Source: Mobula hypostoma (taxonomy: Eukaryota). From it: a DNA stretch of 64,000 nucleotides. Positions within the stretch are counted from its first letter, which is position 1, and each line of letters starts with the position of its first letter. Position numbers and translations under genes: made by a program. Positions 26,300-39,268 of this stretch are shown here, piece by piece. The notes beneath the pieces are model-generated. The model was not told the DNA's origin and did no database searches. It saw only the letters and a list, made by a program, of their open reading frames with translations. Location of the stretch: NCBI RefSeq assembly GCF_963921235.1, contig NC_086108.1, positions 77,812,001 through 77,876,000 of the forward strand, given 5' to 3'.

Positions 26300-28915
26300 T
26301 CATACAGTCATGGAGTTACACAGCACAGAAACGAACCATTACATCCATGCACACCAAAGTGCCTTCATGAGCTAGTCCCATTTGCCTACATTTGATCTAC
26401 ATTCATCTAACCGGGGATCCAAACCTTTGTTAGGCCATGGACACCTATCATTATCCAAGGGATTGGACCCCAGTTGGGAACTGCTCTAAACCTTTCCCAT
26501 CCATGAATCTGACTAAATTTCATTTAAGCATTGTAACTGTACCCACCTCTACCTCTTTCTTTGTACCCATCATCCTCTATGGAAAAACTTGCCCTTCAGA
26601 TCCACTTTAAATCCTTCTTCATCACTTTGTCTATGGTGTGTAACCACATTCAGGGATATATGCACTTGCATCACAAGGCCTTACTGTTCTATACCACACT
26701 CCAGAGCCCAACTATTTACTGTGTAATTCCTGCCCTAGTTAAACTTCCCAAAACTTCCCGTATCACTTCACACTTGTTTGAGTTAAGTTCCTTTTGCTAT
26801 TCATTTGCCCACTTTCCCAGTTGATCGAGACCCTGTTGTGACCTTAGACAACCTTCATCACTGTCCACCATGGCACCAATTTTGGTGTCATCCTCAAACT
26901 TACTAATCAAGCCACCTACGTTTTCATCTATATCAATAATATACGGTATATGACAAACAACAGAGGAACCTACATCAATCCCTGCAACAAACGACTCCAA
27001 TCTGAAAAACAATACTCCACTATCACTCTCTGATACCTTCCACCAAATCAATTTTGCATCCCATGTGGCCAAGGAAGATTTAAAAAAGTCTCTGCCAGAG
27101 TCCCAGTAATTTCTTTCCTTGTTTCCCCACAAATTTCTAGAATACACTTAGTCAGGTGCTTCGATTTTATCTACCTTTACATGTGTTAAGGGCATCAATA
27201 TCTCTTATAATATTGATATGTTTTGGGGCAAAGCTGTTCTCTTCTCTAGATTCCTTAACCTCCATGAGCTTCTCCATGCTAAGTGTTGATGAGAAATACT
27301 AACTTAAGATCAGTCTCCCATGGCTCCACATATGGACAACCTCACTGATTCTTAAAGGGATTTATTCTTTCCTTGGTTACTTTTTTGTTCTTAATAACTT
27401 TATAGACTCTCAGGATTCTGCTTTACCTTATCTGCCAAGGATAAGTCATGTCCCCTTTTTGCCTTTTTGACTTCTTTCTTAAGTGTGCAGGATATAATCC
27501 TTTATATCCTCAAGAGAATCACTTGATCCCAGCTGCCTGTATCTGGCATATGTCTGACCAGAGCCTCTGTATGCCTAAGAATCAGATTTTCCTAATCCTG
27601 TCAGCCTTGGACTTTACCCTAATAGGAGTAATACAGCAGAGATTCACGCTCTTCAACCCAACAAGTCCATGCCAACTGAGTCAATGTTAACCCTGAACTC
27701 ATTCTATCTCAGTTTTAAAGGTCACTTGCCAGAAATTTCTTTACCTGCTAACGGACTCTCTCAGTCAGCCTTCTCATGTTTTGTTCTAATGCCATCAAAG
27801 TTAGCCTCAACCCAGTTGGGACTTTAACTTGTGGACCGGGTCTATCTCTTTCCATAACTATGTAATTATGGTCAGTGTTCCCAGAATGACACTGATTTCC
27901 CACCGACACTTCAATCACTTGCCCAGCTTCCTTTCCCAAGAGGAGGTCAAGTGTTGTCCCATGTTTAGTAATGTTATTTACATATTTCTTGAGAAAACAT
28001 TCTGACAAACTAAACAAAATCTGACCCATCTAATCATTTAGCACTGTGACAATCCTAATCAATATTAGGAAAGTTAAGATCATCTACTATTACAATCATG
28101 TTATTCGCATGGCAATTTATGGTCTCCTATTACATTTTCTACTCTAATTCCCACTGAATATTGGGGACCTACAGCACAATTCCATCAAAGTGATCACTCC
28201 CTTCTTATTCCTAAGTATTACCCATGTAGCCTTACTGGACTCTGCCCCGGGAATATCACATTTAAGTATTGCCATGATGTTCTCCCTAATTAAAAAAAAG
28301 CAACTCCCCACCTCTCATACATACACCTCGATCATATCTGTACTTTGGAATATTGTCTATCCTTCAAACATGTTTTTGTAATGTCTATAATATTACAATC
28401 TCATGCTCTGAGTACACTTGCCTTACCGTCAGCCTTCTTGCATTAAAACAAACACAATTTAGCCTATCAGAGCTTCCTCTCTCGCTGTTCTGCTCTTGCC
28501 TGTCCTATCTATTGGACTTGCTTGCTTTCAACTTCTGTATTGGCCATAACATTCTTATCTGCTACACTATTTGTTTGGTCCTATTCCCTTGCAAGACTAG
28601 ACTAAACTCTCCTCCATAGCTGTAGCAAATCTCTGCCAGGATATTGGTCCCCATTCAGCTGAGATGCAACAGACCCTCTTCTACAGGTCACTTCTGCCCC
28701 AGAGGAAATCCCAGTGGTCCAAGAAGCTGAATTCGTTCTTCCTGTGCCACCTCGTTAGCCATGCATTCACCTGCCCTATCTTTCTATCCTCACCAGTGCA
28801 TGGCACCAAGAGTAATCCAGAGATCAATCCCTCAGGTCCTGCTTTTTAACCTTCTTCCTCACTCCTTATATTCACACTGCAAGACCACATCGCTTTTTCT
28901 ACCTATGTCATTAGT
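26300..28915 (-). mobile_element. Older CR1 LINE, heavily deleted ORF2
   Basis: Peptides GLISKFEDDTKIG..LDQLGKWA and TLDLLLG..GQVIEVSVG. Colinear with the 17.2-19.9 kb element. Confidence 0.8.
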
Positions 28916-29129
28916 GGGATGTAAGTAGAAGATGTGGGCATGAGTTCACCATTGTCTTTGGTGCTTTCCAAAGCCTTGGTTATGATGATCAGAATTATCT
29001 TTTCAGTGGAGATGAAGACATATCCCTGTACCCACCTCATGTGGTCAACCTATGCCATCTTGTCCTACAACAGAAAGAGGAAAGAGTTCCAATGAGAATT
29101 ATAAAAGTGGTTCTGGTAAAGTGGCTCTT

Positions 29130-29490
29130 CAGAATCAGAATCAGGTTTAATATCATCTGCATATGTCGTGATGTTTGTTATATTTGTGCAGCAATACAAT
29201 GCAATACCTAATAAAAGAGGAAATCTGTGAATTACAGTAAATATATATTAAATAGTTAAATTAAATAGGTAGTGTTCATGCGTTCAATGTCCATTCAGAA
29301 ACCGTATGTTGTAGGGAAGAAACTTTTCCTGAGTCCTTGAGTGTGTGCCTTCGGGCTCTTGTACCTCCTCCCTGATGGTAGCAATGAGAACAGAGCATGC
29401 CCTGGGTGGTGGGGGTCCTCAATGATGGATGTCGTCATTTTGAGGCATCGCTCCTTGACGATGTCCTATTAGAATAGTCGGTAGCTGTTA
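29130..29490 (-). mobile_element. Rex1/Babar-type LINE 3' end
   Basis: AGAATCAGAATCAGGTTTAAT tail and CTGATGGTAGCAATGAGAACAGAGCATGCCCTGGGTG, the reverse complement of the motif at 49140-49190. Confidence 0.7.
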
Positions 29491-29821
29491 GGCATCATTG
29501 CAAGGTTTGCAGCAACACAAGATCTATCCAGGCAAGGTGAAGCAGAAGAATGACTGGGATGAGTGTTGATGGATAGAGATTTTTTGGAGGGTCTGAAGGT
29601 AATGGTCCCAGGTGATATGAAATGGTTTGAAATTGAATTTAGTGATTTTGACCTCCTTAGTGAAACCACTGAATGTCTTTTGTGATTGTGCCAAACTTAC
29701 TGGAGGTTCCTTCCTGACATTAACCTTCATTTTGAACTGTTCTTTGAAGCGTTTGAAGGTCCAGAAACTTAAATTCCACTACTTTTTGAAGAGAATATTG
29801 TATCACAATATTTCTGAGTAG

Positions 29822-30508
29822 AGGAGAAGATGGCCATGTGACGCAGCTCGCAGCGGCCACTCCGGTAGTGATGTCTGTTATCTGTCAAGTAGGGTGTTGT
29901 GCACAATCCTGATTTGATGGAGACAGACGTGAGAGCACGGAGGAACATCTGGTGAAACTTCTGAAATGCCTGTTTCGCTGCTGCTGCTACTGTGTGGTCC
30001 AGAATCTCCGGAGGAGAAGGCCCGGAGTCCTCGGCTTTGCTTGTTGCTCGGCGGCCGGAGCGGGGTCGAAGCACTCGGCAGAGAATGGTGCTCGGTGCTC
30101 GGTGTCGGAGGGCTGGTCGGAGACTCGAAGTTTTCGGACGGACTCAGAGTCCGCGCGGTCGGGTGCTTCCAACGGTGCTGCATCAGCAAGTTTGTGGCGC
30201 TTGGAGGTTCATGGCAGGGAGTGTTTCTCCCTTCTGCCATCTGCGTGAGATGATGAGGCTATCGGGACTTTGAGACTTTATTTTACCCTACCCATGGTTT
30301 GCTCTTTATCAAATTACGGTATTGCTTTGCACTGTTGTAACTATATGTTATAATTATGTGGCTTTGTCAGTTTTAGTCTTAGTCTGTCTTGTGTTTCTTG
30401 TGATATCATTCTGGAGGAACACTGAATCATTTTTAATGCATGCATTTCTAAATGACAATAAACGAGGACTGAGTGTCTTTATAATCTAATCTAATTTAAT
30501 CTAATCTA
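29822..30508 (+). mobile_element. CpG-rich non-autonomous retroelement with (CTAAT)n tail
   Basis: Abrupt GC/CpG-rich start GAGAAGATGGC. The 3' end is ACAATAAAC...(AATCT)n. No recognisable protein in the overlapping ORFs. Confidence 0.55.
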
Positions 30509-30810
30509 ATAGCAGTAACACAATGCTTTACAACACGAGCTGTAAGCTATAAGATCGGGATGAGATTCCTGCCACTGCCAGTAAGGTGTTTGTATGTTCT
30601 CCCCATGACCACTGGTGTTTCGTCCGAGCGGTACGGTACGGTTTCCTCCAACATTCCAAAGGATATCTGGGTTAGGGTTAGTGAGTTGTGGCCATGCAAA
30701 TTTGACACTGGAAGCCGGGCCCTGCACAACTCTCTCTGATTTGATTTGATGTGAATAATGCATTTCACTCTATGTTTCAATGTACATGTGACAAAAAAAA
30801 TACTCATCTT
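30509..30810 (+). mobile_element. HE1/V-type SINE (head partly missing)
   Basis: Colinear with 25700-26005: TTTGTATGTTCTCCCCATGACC, GGTTTCCTCCAACATTCCAAAG, tail GTACATGTGACAAA. Confidence 0.75.
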
Positions 30811-31264
30811 AAAAATTAGAAAGTCTTTATGAGTGGGACTGTTGGTCATTTTGTGAGGGAGAGGAAAGTTGTGCCTTTCCCCCAACACCCCTCCTCCATG
30901 ATCTTTGAAAATATTGGGTGGCTGCTCCCCAACATTGTGCTATTCATTAATCACTTCCTAAGTCAGCTTCACTATGAGAAACCTGCCAGCGCATGCTCCA
31001 ATTGCTATTCGTTTTCACTTAAAGACATGAAAGCTAGTTTCTCTTAAAAATTACCTTTATCTGGAGCTACTTTGTCATATTGTTGGTGTTCTAACGATGA
31101 ATCCAGCCAATGATACCTTCTGTTGTTTTCTGAAAGTTAAGCACTCAGTACAGAGACACATAGAAAATCAGGAAAACAATGTAGTACAAAGCCAATAGCA
31201 GCAAGGAGTTTTTGTGTTTTAAAGACACTTGTGCATGTGAACCTGTCTTGATCAAAGAAAATCT

Positions 31265-31282
31265 TGTGTGTGTGCGTGTGTG

Positions 31283-31345
<63 letters not shown>
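31265..31345. repeat. (GT)n microsatellite
   Basis: Directly visible interrupted GT repeat. Confidence 0.95.
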
Positions 31346-34300
31346 CACATGTGGAAATTAGGACAGAGGAGAAGAGAGGCATAAATTTTAAGATTCTAAA
31401 TATTATTTATTTATTATTTTTTAATCTATTGCACAGTTTGCCTTGTTTTGCACATTGATTGTTTGACTGTCTTTGTTTGTGTGTAGTTTTCCATTGATTC
31501 TGTTGTATTTCTTTGTATGTACTGTGAATTCCTGCAAGAAAAAAGGAATCCCAGCCTAGTATATGGTGACATATACACACCGATAATAAATTTACTTCGA
31601 ACTTCCAGCTTTGAAAGAAAATGGATTTATTGGAACATCCATAACAAAATAAACAGAAATAATACAGAATGTACCAAAAGTTGATCTAAAAAGAACAAGA
31701 ATCAAGTCAAAACGCTACCCACCGATTTCACATAATCAAGATGGATCTGTCATTTAATATTTACATAATTATTTATTTTATGCTTTTTCAGCTACAAATC
31801 AAAGATTCAGATCGAATGTTTTCATGATTTGATGTTATTGTTCAGATGTACTGTAATATTTTCTGTAAATAATGTTGGTAGTCATTTTCTTTATGTTTAC
31901 AAAAAATGTTTTAAAGTCTTACCACATCATACAAAATCCTTAGATATTTTAGTATGATTTACCAACTGTTTGTCGTTATCAGGCTAGTTAAACTATAGAG
32001 CTGCTTTAATGTGTTTGGAAGGCTGGAGACTGATGGAGGTGATAGCCTGCCTTCTGCTTTGTGTACGTCTGCCTTGCAAACAAACATCTCTCTAATTACT
32101 ATTCCCATTGCCATATAAATTCCTGTTCATTATACTTCAGTTACTTGGGAAAAACAAGAAAGAAGAAAACTATGTGCTATTTTCATGCTTTCATTGCAAT
32201 TAAATAAAATGACTGAACATTGGATAGAAAATGATAACTATCACAAGAATTGAATTTGGTAAATACCTGGATTATAGCTAAAACAAACAACTTGAGAACC
32301 ATTATTGCCTCAAAGGACCAATATTGGTTTTATATTGTTTATTTTCTCACAGCCCCTTCTTGAGCTTTGTACAGTCTGTGAGAGGGTTGTTCACATCATC
32401 ATCCTGTGATGCTTGTCACCCAAATAAATGGAACTGACATCACCTACATGTACAGTACATTCAAAAGTCAAGAATCCCTCTCAATGTCTCCCAAGAATTT
32501 ATTCTTTCCCCTTCCTACTTATCATGTGCTTGATATCACTGACAGTGTCATTACATCAGTTTCCATATGTATTTTACGGCACTCATTGCTAGCCCAACAG
32601 AACCTTCGCCCATCATTCAACGCCTGATCGGTTAGTCACACTACTTGCCCAGATTCCAATATTCAGTGAGAAGAAACTTTATCTAAATCATTATCATTGT
32701 CATCAGACCCTGGAAAAACTCCATTTCCATTGGTTCTATATCCCTAGCATCTATGCATGGCTGAACTAGGCAGCTGGCATCACTCCCAGTTGAAATTCCA
32801 ACCACATATCCTGGGCATCAGAACAAACACTGTCAACCTTGTCCAGCTTTGTGCCTTCCTCAGCCAATGAACTATTAAAAGTCTTATGCATACTTTTGGT
32901 ACTTGGTGACTGGATTATCCTTAAACCTGGTTCTACAGGTCTCATTGGCATTTATTAAATTAGATCATTAAGTCATTTCAGTATAGCAAACAGATATTGT
33001 TTTGAAGGTTTTACAATTAACATTTATTAAGTTATGTTTTATATAGAATGTACATGCACATTAGAGGAATAAAATTGCTCTCAGAAATCAAACAGACTGG
33101 GAAATCAACACACCACTTTGAAAACAGTATCATTTAGTTTATCTATATGTAGGTCACAGATCCATTGACTGAAATTTCGCTAGTGGACAACATTTACCAG
33201 GGGTCACGTAGAAAATCTTAATGAGTTTCACAAGGTCAAGTGAAATCTTCTGATGAGAGAAGAAATCGTATTAGTACTTGGAATGAGGGTATCCGGATTT
33301 AATGCCCATTCCCAATTGCCCTACGAAAGAAATCGTCTCCTTGAGCCACTACAGTCTGTGATACCTGTGATCATGCCAAGAGTGGTGTGATAACCCAACC
33401 ATACAGGTAGAATAGTCAATGACGGCTAGGTTGGAACTGCTTTATGTACCGAAACTCAGGTGCAAGAGCAAGAGTGCCAGAGAGAATGTCAGAAAACTGG
33501 TAAATGTTCCCTATCATTCTAGCTATCAAAGAAAAGTCAGAAGGGACATACTTCTGGCAGTGCCCCCTTAAATGTGTCCAGTTACCTCCAAATCCAAGAG
33601 AATCCCTTTTATTCTGTGGCAAAATCATGTATTTTATATTTTAATTCCGGATCTCTAGTTACAATTCTATGACATAACGAACTGCAAACATTGTATGATA
33701 AAATGTTACTTTGTGATCGGGGCTCTATATTGAACAGAAGCCTGCAGATTGTATTCTCTCTGCTGCTCTTTCTCTGCGTTTTTTAGACCAGTGAAAGTTC
33801 AAAGCTGGAAGTGGGCCAACTTCCCTGGTTCAGCTGCTGTCTCTGTCACACGCCGTAGCCCAAACTCCTTCAGGAAACTCGCAACATTCCCATTTCCTTC
33901 TGGTCCCGAAGAGAAACAATGCGACTTTCTGATTATGATTTGCGTGCTGGGTTAAAAATAACACGGGTATATAAAGAGAAGACGAGGCGAAGAACTCCGG
34001 CCACAACAGAGCTTCGAGCAGGGCACTCGCTGATCCTTCTCACAAGTTCATTAAAGCCAATGTGCTTTCCTCTTCGTCACCACCACCGGACACAAATACA
34101 AATAAAAAGTTTTGCCAGGACAACATACTTCTGCAGAAATATAAAGTATGTACTGACCTCGGTTATTTGCGAACGAGGTTGATATGGAAAATGTATATTT
34201 AAATAGTTCCATGAATTGGTAATATTCCTTTTTACAAGCGAAATCTTTACTTTCGAACGCGTTTAAGGGATATAGTTAAAATAATCGAAAATAGCTTCAA

Positions 34301-37300
34301 AAGAATGAAGAATACGCGGGTTCCTTGCATTGAAGCGTAGTGAGATAATAATGATTAAATGCCAGTTAAATTCTACGGATCTGTCGTACAATCCGCACTA
34401 AAACCGTTGCAGGGCAAGCGTCCCTCTTCAACAATCACATTCTTAACACAAAAAAAAATTACAAATCCTATCGAAAAAAGTGTGTCAACAGAAAGATCAC
34501 TTACTGCGGTTGTGTTGGCCAAATTCAGTTATTATTACAGCGGGCCGTGCTGAATATTGTACATGTGAAAGTTATGTTTTCCATTTCTAAAATGAATATT
34601 ATGATATTGCAGGTAATTTGCATATGCACGGTGCTATAAGATGCACGAGAACACATATATTTTGCTATCGGTTGTCTCTGTGGTAATTCCATGCCTCTAA
34701 TCTTGAACTCTTGCCCTGATAAGGCTCTTTTGGTCCACCTAGGGAACTGTCAAATCAGAAATAAGGATGAATTACCTCGAGGTTAAGAGTCAATTCTTTG
34801 TATTTTCGATTTCTCCACAACAATAGAGCTGAACTCACGGCCCTGGAGCAGATCAGGTTGAATAATATATTGTAAGTAATAGTACTCGTGGCCCCAAATA
34901 GTCAAAGAAAACCCTTAATAATAACAGTGAGTTGTTCGCTTGTTTACACAACAGGGTGATACATCACAAATGACTTTTATTTCTAGAATTAATATAGCCG
35001 ATGGTGTTATGATAATCAATATCCCGCTTAGTTAATAAAATCCGAGCAATGTCCACCTTCACCTCCAAATGTCATAAAAAGTTAACAAGTTTTTCATTCT
35101 TCCAGCAACCAGATAAAGACAGGAATCACCCGTGAACACGCACATCTGCAAAATATGTAGGTGGATGAGGGGTTATATTTTTGTTTGTGCGCGCTCAAAC
35201 CTCCCAGTGAAATTTAGACTCATGTCTCAAATAACCTTTTATGTCGCGATTGAATATTGTTACTCGATCAACCGTGACAAAATAATGCATTTTTTCCTTT
35301 CGATGTTCCAAATTTTCATTTAAATTACAAGTATTGCATTTGATGATGAGCGACACTGCAGTCCTCTTGAATTTTTTGAATGTAAGCAAAAAGATTCCTT
35401 CCAAATTATTGATACACATAATTTCAGTTACATGAGTCATGTCATTTGTATTTAGTTGGCTCGAAACGTGTCTGTGTCGTGTTGAAGCTACTGAAAGATG
35501 TTCCTGTATTGCCAACGAACACTGGTCATTTTCGGTCAGGGAGGCTTCTGCATCATTCAGAAGGAAATCAGGATTTATATATGAAATGGGCACTTCATCA
35601 AATGAATCACACTGGAGAGTGTTCAGGTGCGCTTTAAGTTTTCAGTTCGCGGGCGGAAGAATGTTTTGATTTGCCTCCAATGATTCAGATGTTAAAACAT
35701 GGACAAAGCTTCTCATTAAAAATCGGTTTTATCCCACTCACTACACCGGCTTTAAATAGTACAATTGAAGTGACTCTTTACAAAAGTGAATTCCGCTCTG
35801 AGGGCATCATGAACAAGCAGCCTCTTTGCTACAACTTGCAGGTAATGTTAAGTCACATTTAAAGCATCCATTTCTTTAGGTAATTGATTTGATCAAATCT
35901 TAAAAAGCAGCGAAGATAAACGAAATCTGAAACTCAGATTGTGTCGTGTGACAAAAGCACCACATACGTGTGTTCTTCGCCCGTCAGTTTGCAACATTGC
36001 TTTGGAAAAAAACTACAATTTGACTTTCATGCTATTCCCGACACTCTCGAACCATTTATTTCAAAATACGTTTATCTCTGAAACGAAAGCATCGGTGGAG
36101 AATGGAAGAAGATGTTAACATTAAGATCGAGTGGGTCCTTGGATAGATGGGAGCTGACTACTTAAACTTAAAATGTGAGCTGCCACTATCAGTAACCTAG
36201 TTAAAACGTTGCTTATTGCAAGCACTGAACCATAATAGAGGAACCTGGAGCAAGTTGTTGAGAATCAAAACGTATCATCTATGTCCAATGCATTTCATCT
36301 GTCACTTATTCAATCTTCCAATTCCAAGTAACAATCTTGGTTTTTGAAACCACTTTCAATGTCCAACTAACTGAACGATTACCATTTTACCAAGATGCAC
36401 TGTTCTCAATTCAGAAACCCTTTCATTGGTTCTCTCTTGTCCTCTAAGTTTGTTTACTTGTGTTCACTGCCTGTTTTTTTATTACTTTAATTCAATCTGA
36501 TAAGATGTATTTATCTATCCTGTTTACATTGCAAATGTTACAATTAAAGAAAAGTTTTTGAAGTGATAACGTTTCCTTTCTAGAGGGTTTGCTTGACCAC
36601 TCGCGCCCGGTTCAGTCTAGCTATTCACACCCTCCCCCCCCCCATGTCGACTACTCAATGAATTATCCCACCAGAAATATCCAAAACGAATGGCGTAACA
36701 GCACTTCCCGCCTGCACCTCGCAATTTAATGTCCCCCTCCAGCCGTCGTCCCCTTCGACTTTCCCTTCCCTTCGATTTATTTGTAACCATAAGTTATTAA
36801 TTCGTTTGCTTCTCCGAAACGTTAAACAAATGCCCAATACCAAACCAAAAAAACAAAATAAGTTACCTAATTCAACTTACGCTATGACTTTCTAAAACTG
36901 ATCATGACCCAAAGAAAGTCCATTGGCAGGACTACTTCTCTGAAAAAATGGAACACCCATTAACAAAATACATCGGAAAGTGAATTTTACAAGCTCACTT
37001 TGAATCAGTTTGACAATACTTTGGCTGAAGTATATAAATCGTGCCCTCGAAAAAATGCACTGTGCTCCTATCTCTCTTCCAGTGTGCGAACGAGTGTTAA
37101 GTATGTATTTGCAGAAGAAGTTGTACCTTGCAGGGCCATATTGGAACCAGCCTCATAATTTAAAAAAACACAGCTTTAAGAACGTTCAGTATGCTGTAGC
37201 AAACATCACCGAGTAAAGTACAAATATACCATCATACCATTGGTAAACATGGGACACGTACTTAACCACGTATTGTCATTACATTGATTTTCTGTGTACA

Positions 37301-37679
37301 GAATCGGGAGGCGGGTGCGAACGTAACTAAACACTACCTTAAATCAGGTACGTAAAATAACGCTTAACTTTAAATGAGAACAAGTGTGTCGATGTTTCAT
37401 AAAAGCGCTTGGGTTCAGCAGGTGAAAACTGAATGTGGAGGTGTACTTTTCAATCTGCACACATTGATGGCATTCGTGTAAAAGTTCCTGGAACGTCACC
37501 TGTTATGTCCCACAAAATCTGACTAACTGCGTGGCTGGTGTTCGCGAATGGTCCACTACCAGCAAATGCTCTGCCGAAGCAAGACAATAGCGCTTCGGGG
37601 TGGACTCACTCTCCGCTTCCCCTGAAGCCCCTTTTATACCAACACTAAATTTAGATCACGTCCGTAACACTGCCCGCTT

Positions 37680-37990
37680 CTCTTTTTGTGACGTTAGCGA
37701 CACCATTGGTCAAAGTCAGAATTCTCTTACAGCGCAGTTTAACCGTACTCAAGACAGCCTCAAGCGAAGAAAGAACCAATCCCTCCACTGCCTCTCCCCC
37801 TTCTCCTTCATGAAGCAAAGCCCCACCAATTGCAGTTCGGAAAACCAGATGAAGATTATGTTTTCTCTTGAAAGGGGTGGGAAGGGGAAGCCCGCCGCAA
37901 TTGATTGGATGATATCTAATTAGTTTATTTATATTGATTGACTTTTAGCCAATCAAAGTGCAGGAAGAATGTTAACATTCCCTATTCCCG
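37680..37990 (+). promoter_or_regulatory. Probable proximal promoter of the KLF gene (multiple CCAAT boxes, CACCC/GT box)
   Basis: CCAAT at 37776, 37826, 37949; ATTGG at 37705, 37904; GGGGTGGG at 37874-37881; TGACGT at 37689; ATCAAAG at 37952. All lie ~200-460 bp upstream of the ATG. No clear TATA box. Confidence 0.6.
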
Positions 37991-38148
37991 GAGTTGGTGA
38001 ACACTCTTGAACTTTTTACTCTGACAGAAACTTCTCACACATTCCCAGTCCGAAAACGGTTTTACACATTGGAATTAGGAGCAAGAATCTGGCTTTAATT
38101 CTTCAGAGAACCTTGCTGCGAAGGCGCTCGGCAGTGAGGGGAGCAGCA

Positions 38149-38235
38149 ATGGCTCTGACAGAAACCATGCTACCTTCCATTGCGACTTTTGCCAGCCATG
38201 AAACGTTGGTGCAAAAGCAAACCGAGATGATCAAC
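38149..38235 (+). CDS. klf17: KLF17-like Kruppel-like factor, coding exon 1 (MALTETMLPSIATFASHETLVQKQTEMIN)
   Basis: ATG at 38149 in good context (GCAATGG). The N-terminus resembles the KLF2/4/17 MAL..LPSxxTFAS motif. The exon is 87 nt and ends at donor AAC|GTAAGT (phase 0). Confidence 0.9.
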
Positions 38236-38252
38236 GTAAGTTTTACTATTTG

Positions 38253-38253
<1 letters not shown>

Positions 38254-38310
<57 letters not shown>

Positions 38311-38320
38311 ATGAGAGAGG
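38254..38320. repeat. Compound (GT)n(GA)n microsatellite at the start of KLF intron 1
   Basis: Directly visible. Confidence 0.95.
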
Positions 38321-39268
38321 ACAGATAAACATTTTTAATATCTCTTATGACATACGTGAAGTTTAATTTAACCTAATTTAATCGGAGTTGATTTAAAAAT
38401 GTGTGCTGTCAAGTAGTAACAAGTTGCTAGTTGCATTCCATGTTAAAAACATAAAATTGAATTCAGCGCTGACAAGTTTTGCAATTGGTTATCCCGTGAA
38501 CTTCTACTAAGTCAAGACTTAAACAAACATAACTATATTGATAGACGGCTACTGCGAAGCTAAACAACGCTGTTCTGAGTGATTTTACAGTACACTGTGT
38601 AAACCATAAATATTACACAATCAGCGCAATCTCTAGCTGTCTCCTTCCATTCTTAATTTGCAAGTGCTGTTTCATCTTTGGCGGGGTTGCGTGCAATGTT
38701 TCAATTAATCTGCAGTTCGTAATGGCAAGGTGTGACCAGCATTTCTCAATGTCAGCAGTTGTGAAGCATTAAAATACATATTTAAATCAGCCTCACAAAC
38801 TTTAAAAATAATTATCAGCGATCTGGAGAGGAAATAAAATAAACATATGGTATTTCAAGCTGTAGTCGTTGCTAAATATCAACGGAGTTGACAGCACACA
38901 ATATAGTTTAGCTCCCAACTTCTAATGCGAAAGGAATGCTGTCGTTCAACTTCCCATCGAAAGCGTGAATCAGGTGAACTCGGAAACAACCGTTTTTCTC
39001 CATTCCCGTGAATAGTACAAAGAAAAAGGAGCCTTTGAAGAACACTAAACTGGTTTGACCGTTTGGGAGAGTTGGTTGCATCGACTGGATATACTTGCGA
39101 GATTCCTTCGAGAATAACTGGACTTATTCACAGTATTCGGGGAGGGGGGAGAATGCTGGGGATAAATGTGTGTGTGGTGGGAGGGAGGTAATACTGTTGT
39201 TGGCAGGTGGAGACGGTTTGTAACTTGGTTTCGCCTCACTATTTCTCCCCTTGTTTTTGTTTGAACAG

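Noticed and set aside
29769..30273. Six overlapping ORFs of 61-120 aa
   Set aside because: Explained by stop-codon scarcity in a GC-rich repeat head; no homology recognisable.
30668..30682. GGGTTAGGGTTAG telomere-like repeat (also near 54840 and 56400)
   Set aside because: Only about two units, embedded in interspersed repeats; not an interstitial telomere.
31137..31458. His/Thr- or Cys/Val-rich ORFs (also 61801-62180)
   Set aside because: Translations of (CA)/(GT) microsatellites.
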